A stretch of 63,455 bases of DNA, filler included. It is 5 parts of 5 records of this genome, joined end to end, with 100 filler letters (N's around TTAATTAATTAA, not from the genome) between each part and the next. Parts side by side here need not be neighbours in the genome. Positions count along the whole stretch, not along the records: positions 57,639 to 63,455 come from SRR20825006_2799; 4 more parts are not named here. The stretch is one strand, 5' to 3'. Within the stretch, counting starts at the first letter, position 1. Each line of letters starts with the position of its first letter. Shown here in pieces: positions 57,899 to 63,455 of this stretch. The translations under genes and the position numbers were made by a program. Under the pieces are notes generated by a model, which was not told the origin of the DNA, made no database searches, and saw only the letters and a list, made by a program, of their open reading frames with translations.

Positions 57899-59293
57899 AT
57901 GCAGGCCCGAGAAAGCGCCTCCGAGATCGCACCGGTTCTGGATATTCTGAGAGAGCGGTTTGCGGACCGGCTCTCCACAGCCCCCGCGGTGCTTGAACGG
58001 CATGGCCAGGACGAGAGCTATCACAAGGCCTTGCCGCCTGAAGGCGTTGTCTTCGCCAACAGCACCGAAGAGGTTGCGGAGGTGGTGAAGCTCTGCGCCA
58101 CCCACGGTGTTCCGGTCATTCCCTTCGGCACCGGCACCTCGCTGGAAGGCCATATCGGAGCTGTCGCGGGCGGGATCTGCATAGATCTCTCGAACATGAA
58201 TGCGGTCCTTGAAGTCAATGCCGAGGATCTGGACTGCCGGGTGCAGGCTGGCGTCACCCGCAAGCAGCTCAACACGCATCTGCGCGACCAGGGGCTGTTC
58301 TTCCCGATCGATCCTGGCGCCGATGCCTCCATCGGCGGCATGGCGGCGACCCGCGCTTCCGGCACCAACGCCGTGCGCTACGGCACCATGCGGGAGAACG
58401 TGCTGTCGCTGACCGTGGTAACGGCAAGCGGTGAGATCATCCGCACCGCCCGCCGGGCTCGCAAATCCTCCGCCGGATACGATCTGACACGGCTCTTTGT
58501 CGGCTCCGAGGGCACGCTCGGCGTGATCACCGAAGTTGCGCTCAAGCTCTATGGCATTCCGGAAGCGGTCTCCGCCGCCGTCTGCCAGTTCGACGATCTG
58601 GAAAGCGCCGTCAGCACGGTTATCCTGACTATCCAGTCCGGCGTGCCGATGGCCCGCATCGAGCTCCTGAACACCGATCAGATGGGCGCCTGCATCCGTT
58701 TCTCCAAGCTGGAAGGCTACGAGACAAAGCCGACCCTGTTCTTCGAATTCCACGGCAGCGAGACGGGCGTGAAAGAACAGGCCGAAATGGTCGAGGGCAT
58801 CGCCTCCGAATTCGGCGGCAGCGCTTTTCAGTGGACGGAGAAGGCCGAGGACCGGAACAAACTCTGGGAAGCCCGCCACAATGTGCATTACGCCATCAAG
58901 TCCATGCGCCCGAATTGCGAGGTGATGGCGACCGATATCTGCGTGCCGATCTCGCGTCTGGCGGAAGCCATTCTGGAGGCCCAGAAGGATCTGATTGAAA
59001 ACGGCCTGACCGCCGGCATCGTCGGCCATGTCGGCGACGGCAATTTCCATGTCGGCTACTGCATCGATCCGAACAACGCCGAAGAAGTCGCCGCCGCCAA
59101 GGGCCATAACGAGCGCATGGTGTTCCGGGCGCTGGAAATGGACGGCACCTGCACCGGCGAGCATGGCGTCGGCCAGGGCAAGATCCGTTATATGGAGGCC
59201 GAACACGGATTGGCTCTCAACACCATGCAGGCCATCAAACGAGCGCTCGACCCGCAAGGCATCATGAACCCTGGCAAGGTCCTGCCCTCCTGA
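57899..59293 (+). CDS. FAD-linked oxidase, D-lactate dehydrogenase (cytochrome)/GlcD-like
   Basis: PFGTGTSLEGH, FPIDPGADASIGGM, GYDLTRLFVGSEGTLG, GHVGDGNFH, TGEHGVG, NPGK. ATG 57899 follows GGGAG. Confidence 0.92.
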   Translation: MQARESASEIAPVLDILRERFADRLSTAPAVLERHGQDESYHKALPPEGVVFANSTEEVAEVVKLCATHGVPVIPFGTGTSLEGHIGAVAGGICIDLSNMNAVLEVNAEDLDCRVQAGVTRKQLNTHLRDQGLFFPIDPGADASIGGMAATRASGTNAVRYGTMRENVLSLTVVTASGEIIRTARRARKSSAGYDLTRLFVGSEGTLGVITEVALKLYGIPEAVSAAVCQFDDLESAVSTVILTIQSGVPMARIELLNTDQMGACIRFSKLEGYETKPTLFFEFHGSETGVKEQAEMVEGIASEFGGSAFQWTEKAEDRNKLWEARHNVHYAIKSMRPNCEVMATDICVPISRLAEAILEAQKDLIENGLTAGIVGHVGDGNFHVGYCIDPNNAEEVAAAKGHNERMVFRALEMDGTCTGEHGVGQGKIRYMEAEHGLALNTMQAIKRALDPQGIMNPGKVLPS

Positions 59294-59325
59294 GCCGCAA
59301 CCACGCCCCAGACAACGAGACAGAC

Positions 59326-60351
59326 ATGCCCCAACCGACCGGCACCATGAAAGCCATCGAGGCCTCGGCCTTCTCCATCGACAGCCTGAGCCTCGTGGAA
59401 CGGCCGATACCAACCCCGAGGCGCGGCGAAGTCCTGATCCGGGTGAACGCCGTCACCCTGAATTATCGCGACCTTGCCGTGCTCAGCGGCACCTACATGC
59501 CGACCCTGCCCATGCCCTATGTGCCCTGCTCCGATTGCTGCGGCACAGTCGTCGCGCTGGGCGAGGATGTCAGTCTGTTCAAGGAAGGCGACCGGGTTGT
59601 GCCCTGTTACATCCAGGGCTGGCGCGACGGCAAGGTGACCCAGCAGCAGCGTACGAAGCAGACACTCGGCGGCCCGCTTCCCGGCGTGCTCCGGCAATAT
59701 ATCACCGTCCCGGCGGACGAGGTTATTCCGGCTCCGGAAAACCTCAGCGATGCAGAGGCCGCGACACTCCCGATTGCGGCCCTGACAGCCTGGACTTGCC
59801 TTGAACAGGGTGGCCTGAAAAGCGGCGACCGGGTGTTGGTGGAAGGCACCGGCGGCGTCGCCCTCTTCGCCCTGCAGCTCGCCAAGGCAGCAGGCGCGGA
59901 AGTCGTCGCCCTCACCTCCACCGCAGAAAAGGCGGCCATGCTGAAGAAGCTCGGCGCCGATCACGTGGTTAATTACCGCGAGACGCCGGAATGGGGGGCG
60001 GCGGTGAAGCAGGCAACCGGCGGGCACGGGGCCGATATCATCGTCGAGACCACCGGCAGCACCCTTGCCCAATCCTTCGCGGCCGTCGCCTTCGGCGGTT
60101 TCATCGGCGTGATCGGTTTTGTCGGCGGCGCGGAAGTGCCGTTAAACGTGATGCAGCTCATCGGCCCGAATGTGCGGATGGAGGGCGTCGTCGTCGGCTC
60201 CCAGGCCGGGCTGCGCGCTCTTGCCCGGGCGATGGACCTGCATGGCATCAAGCCGGTGATCGACAGCACATTTCCGCTCGAAAAAGCAGCAGATGCGTTC
60301 CGCCACATGAAGCAGGCCGGCCATATCGGAAAGATCGTCGTCACGCTCTGA
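59326..60351 (+). CDS. NAD(P)-dependent MDR-family oxidoreductase (zinc-type ADH-like)
   Basis: LNYRD, EAATLPIAALTAW, GTGGVALFALQLAK, INYRETPEW-like motif, KPVIDS, GKIVV. Confidence 0.9.
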   Translation: MPQPTGTMKAIEASAFSIDSLSLVERPIPTPRRGEVLIRVNAVTLNYRDLAVLSGTYMPTLPMPYVPCSDCCGTVVALGEDVSLFKEGDRVVPCYIQGWRDGKVTQQQRTKQTLGGPLPGVLRQYITVPADEVIPAPENLSDAEAATLPIAALTAWTCLEQGGLKSGDRVLVEGTGGVALFALQLAKAAGAEVVALTSTAEKAAMLKKLGADHVVNYRETPEWGAAVKQATGGHGADIIVETTGSTLAQSFAAVAFGGFIGVIGFVGGAEVPLNVMQLIGPNVRMEGVVVGSQAGLRALARAMDLHGIKPVIDSTFPLEKAADAFRHMKQAGHIGKIVVTL

Positions 60352-60371
60352 CGGCTAAACTCCGGACATGA

Positions 60372-60405
60372 AAAAGGCCGCCTTCCAGTCAGGAGGCGGC
60401 CTTTT
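60372..60405. terminator. Bidirectional intrinsic terminator
   Basis: AAAAGGCCGCCTTCC-AGTC-AGGAGGCGGCCTTTT between convergent genes. Confidence 0.85.
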
Positions 60406-60422
60406 CTTTAAGCCGGCAAAGG

Positions 60423-61016
60423 TCAGGCCATCATCAGGCCAAAACCTGCGGCGGCAGTCAGGCCACCGGCACCGCGCATAACGGCGGTCGCCAGAGCGGC
60501 GCGCTCCGCGAACAGCTTTTCCGCCAGCAAACCGGCACCGAGCCCGGCGACATGCAGCAACGCGGTCGCGGCAACGAAACCAGCGCCATAGGCAAGCGCC
60601 GTCGCGCCACCGATTTCACCGCCATGGGCATGACCGTGGAACAGCGCGAAGGTCCCGACGACCACAGCACCGACCGTAGCCGGAAGCTTCACCGCGCAGG
60701 CAACCAGCAGACCCAGCGCAACGACGGAGGCGAGGATCGCGGGCTCCACGAACGGCAGGGCCACGCCCGACAATGCAAGTCCGAAGCCCAGCGCCATGCA
60801 GCCGACAAAGGCGAGCGGCACGCCAACCAGCGCCCTGCCACCCATCTGGAAAGCCCAGATCCCGACCGCGACCATCGCCAGGATATGATCCAGCCCGAGC
60901 ATCGGGTGAGACAGACCGGCGGCGAAAGAGCCGTGCTCTGCCGGGTTCAGATGCGCCATGGAAGGGGATGCGCTGGCAACAAGGATTGCGGCGCCAAGGG
61001 ATAAGATTCTAATCAT
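60423..61016 (-). CDS. HupE/UreJ family nickel/cobalt transporter
   Basis: AH..., GLSHPMLGLDHILAMVAVG, FALFHGHAHGGE, GFVAATALLH. Confidence 0.92.
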   Translation of the reverse strand: MIRILSLGAAILVASASPSMAHLNPAEHGSFAAGLSHPMLGLDHILAMVAVGIWAFQMGGRALVGVPLAFVGCMALGFGLALSGVALPFVEPAILASVVALGLLVACAVKLPATVGAVVVGTFALFHGHAHGGEIGGATALAYGAGFVAATALLHVAGLGAGLLAEKLFAERAALATAVMRGAGGLTAAAGFGLMMA

Positions 61017-61116
61017 GTATGTGATCCTTAGATGAAGTCGATCTAGCGCCCCTGATTGGGTCGCGCACGCCAACGGTTGCACACAAGGTTAACGAAGCCA
61101 AGAGGCCCTCTTCCCC

Positions 61117-61617
61117 ATGTCCGATACCCTTCCCGAAATCCGCACCATTCTCGAAGCCTCCCCTCATGCTTTCGAGGTTATGGAGTGCGATCCCGAGCTC
61201 GCCGACACGGCCGTGTTTTGTGAACGCTATGGCAAAGCACCGGAAGATTCGGCGAATACGATTCTCGTCCGCTCCAAGACGGGCGATCTGAAATACGCCG
61301 CCTGCGTGGTGCTGGCGACACACCGGCTGGATGTGAACAAGGTGGTTCGGAAGAAACTGGAAGCGCGGAAAGTCTCCTTCGCCAGCGCGGAGGAGACGAA
61401 AGAGCTGACCGGTCAGGAAATCGGCGGCGTCACGGCACTGGGACTTCCGGCGGATCTCCCGCTCTGGATTGATGCGGACGTGATGGCCCGGAAAGAGATC
61501 ATTCTCGGCGGCGGAAACAGATCCTCGAAACTGATTGTCGATCCGAGGTTGCTGCTGGATCAGCCGATGGCGGAAGTGGTCGAAGGGCTGGCCAATCCCA
61601 TCGCTCTTCCTTCTTAA
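61117..61617 (+). CDS. YbaK/EbsC (ProX-like) aminoacyl-tRNA editing domain protein
   Basis: DPELADTAVFCERYG, SAN, RKVSFA, GQEIGGVT, GGGNRSSK. Confidence 0.85.
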   Translation: MSDTLPEIRTILEASPHAFEVMECDPELADTAVFCERYGKAPEDSANTILVRSKTGDLKYAACVVLATHRLDVNKVVRKKLEARKVSFASAEETKELTGQEIGGVTALGLPADLPLWIDADVMARKEIILGGGNRSSKLIVDPRLLLDQPMAEVVEGLANPIALPS

Positions 61618-61729
61618 GTGACAGTTGTTATTGAGCGGGCGACAAGCACCAGCCACGGAAAGTCGTCGTGAGGGCAGCCCGTTCAATCCGGCCCTCTTAT
61701 TCTGATCCCAGTATATCGGGAGATCGATC

Positions 61730-62980
61730 ATGGAACTGGATTGGCACGCGGAGCGCACGGACCTTTCAGATCTGGCCGTGCTCGACACGGATCAGGCGGG
61801 CGAGCCGATCGATCTCGCAGCGGTGCGCGCCTACAGGCTCGGCCGGGTCCGGGCGGAGATGGCGAAGCGCGGCATTGCCGCCTGCGTGCTGCTTGATCAG
61901 GTCAATATCCGCTATGCCACCGGCGCGCGGAACATGCAGGTCTTCAGCTCCCGCAATACCGGCCGCTATCTGCTGCTGACCGAACGCGACGCGATCCTTT
62001 ACGAATTCACCGGAGCCATGCATCTGGCGGACGGGCTTGAGACAATCACCGACGTGCGCCCGGCGATCACCGCGAGCTTCGTCGCCGCCGGGGAGAAGAT
62101 CGCCGAACGGGAGAAGTTTTGGGCGCGCGAGACCGCGGCAACTCTCCGGGAGCTGGTTGGCGCGAAAACCACCATCGGTGTCGAGCGCATGAATGCTGGC
62201 GCGGCGGCAGCGCTTGCTGCCGAAGGTTTCCGGCTGGTCGATGCGCAGGAGCCTGTCGAGATGGCCCGCTGCATCAAATCGCCCGAAGAGATGAAATGCG
62301 TCCGCGCGTCGCTTCGGGCCACAGAGACCGGTGTTGGTAGACTGCGCGCGGCGATCCGGCCCGGCCTGACCGAGAACGCGCTCTGGTCCGTGCTGCATCA
62401 GTCCGTGATTGCACAGGACGCCGATTATATTGAAACCCGGCTGCTGAATTCCGGGCCGCGCACCAATCCCTGGTTCCAGGAAACCGGCATGCGCGTGATC
62501 GGCGAGAACGAGCTGATCGCCCTCGATACGGACGTGGTCGGTTGCCACGGCTATTATGCCGATTTCTCCCGCACCTTCCATTCCGGCCCGGCCGCCCCAA
62601 GCGAAACCCAGCGCACACTCTACAAGACCGCGCATGAACAGGTGCACCACAATATGGGGATCATCAAGCCGGGCATGAGCTTCCGGGACTATGCCGACCG
62701 GGCCTGGGACATTCCGGCGCAGTATCACGCCAACCGCTATTACCTCTCCGCCCATGGCGTCGGCATGACCGGAGAATATCCCTACCTCTACCACCGCACC
62801 GATTTCCCCGATGCTGGCTACGACGGCATCATCGAGCCCGGTATGACCCTTTGCGTCGAGAGCTTCATTGGCGAAGAGACAGGCGGCGAAGGAGTGAAGC
62901 TGGAGCAGCAAATTCTGGTAACGGAAACCGGCATCGAATTGCTCTCGCAGTTTCCGTTCGAGGACGCATTGCTGGCGTGA
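61730..62980 (+). CDS. M24 metallopeptidase-fold protein, DddP (DMSP lyase)-like
   Basis: YRLGRVR, NIRYATG.RNMQ, IETRLLNSGPRTNPWFQE, and metal ligands in DTD, D, HGVG, E.YP, CVES, KLEQQ. Confidence 0.8.
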   Translation: MELDWHAERTDLSDLAVLDTDQAGEPIDLAAVRAYRLGRVRAEMAKRGIAACVLLDQVNIRYATGARNMQVFSSRNTGRYLLLTERDAILYEFTGAMHLADGLETITDVRPAITASFVAAGEKIAEREKFWARETAATLRELVGAKTTIGVERMNAGAAAALAAEGFRLVDAQEPVEMARCIKSPEEMKCVRASLRATETGVGRLRAAIRPGLTENALWSVLHQSVIAQDADYIETRLLNSGPRTNPWFQETGMRVIGENELIALDTDVVGCHGYYADFSRTFHSGPAAPSETQRTLYKTAHEQVHHNMGIIKPGMSFRDYADRAWDIPAQYHANRYYLSAHGVGMTGEYPYLYHRTDFPDAGYDGIIEPGMTLCVESFIGEETGGEGVKLEQQILVTETGIELLSQFPFEDALLA

Positions 62981-62981
62981 G

Positions 62982-63455
62982 TCACGCCGTCCGCAAATCC
63001 AGCGCCCCCGCACCATGGATCGGCCCATTTCCCGGCACCTGCACAAGGACCGACAGCCGGTTCGTCGGCATGCTGGCGGCGCTGCCAGGAATACGGAGCG
63101 TGTCCGCCTTGCCATCCCAGTGTCCGAGCGACCGGTAGAACCGGACCACGGCGAAATCCTCCAGCGTCCGCCCCCGGTTTTCACCGCGCGGGACTTCGGT
63201 CACATGGCGATCATCGCTGCCGACAAGGAAGAGTTCGGCACCCGCATAATCGGCGCCCTGCTGCGCATCCAGCAGCAGCTCGAAATCCGCGCCGTCCCGA
63301 TTGAGCGTGACGGCAAGACCGGGGCCGCCACGTTGTGCCCGGCGCCGGTCCAGCTCCTGCAGTACGATTGAGCGGCGGGAGCCGACCAGATCCGCCTCCC
63401 CGTCGATGACAAGCTGCGGCGTGTAGATCGTGCGGAGCTTCATGGCATGACCATA
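62982..63455 (-). CDS. DUF1223-like secreted thioredoxin-fold protein (5'-truncated)
   Basis: IYTPQLVIDG, VGS, TEVPRGENRGRTL..VVR, VLVQ...GPI.GA. Confidence 0.8.
   Translation of the reverse strand, partial: YGHAMKLRTIYTPQLVIDGEADLVGSRRSIVLQELDRRRAQRGGPGLAVTLNRDGADFELLLDAQQGADYAGAELFLVGSDDRHVTEVPRGENRGRTLEDFAVVRFYRSLGHWDGKADTLRIPGSAASMPTNRLSVLVQVPGNGPIHGAGALDLRTA

Noticed and set aside
57587-59413. 608-aa minus-strand ORF (likewise 61766-63184)
   Set aside because: Antisense shadows of the FAD oxidase and M24 genes.

Overview
The window is a concatenation of five unrelated sequence blocks joined by identical 100-nt artificial linkers (44 N + TTAATTAATTAA + 44 N at 11622-11721, 23285-23384, 50136-50235 and 57539-57638). 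No linkage should be inferred across the linkers. All five blocks look alphaproteobacterial. Block A (1-11621): indolepyruvate ferredoxin oxidoreductase, a UDP-glucuronate 4-epimerase-like gene, pirin/wrbA/LysR, a TIGR04372-like glycosyltransferase, an ArnT/GT2/LAB_N lipid A modification trio and a phnM-like gene. Block B (11722-23284): a DctB/DctD-like two-component system divergent from a sigma54-driven tctCBA transporter, plus a BMP-type nucleoside ABC transporter with cytosine deaminase. Block C (23385-50135): two LacI-controlled glycan-use loci. One has a GH78 rhamnosidase and a sugar ABC transporter. The other has GH28, GH38, an Opp-type ABC transporter, an unusual HAD fusion, an ~830-aa unknown protein and GH105. 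An oppD pseudogene and a CehA/McbA-type metallohydrolase lie between them. Block D (50236-57538): the uvrB 3' end, an AT-rich three-gene insert (candidate defence module), a cluster of REP-like palindromes, an orphan HTH protein, an NhaC antiporter with a probable CTG start, an EEP-family gene and, most strikingly, a ~500-nt highly structured, terminator-bounded non-coding RNA candidate (about 55625-56147). Block E (57639-63455): FAD-linked oxidase, MDR dehydrogenase, HupE/UreJ, YbaK, a DddP-like M24 enzyme and a DUF1223-like gene. Family calls come from motif recognition by eye, not from database searches.
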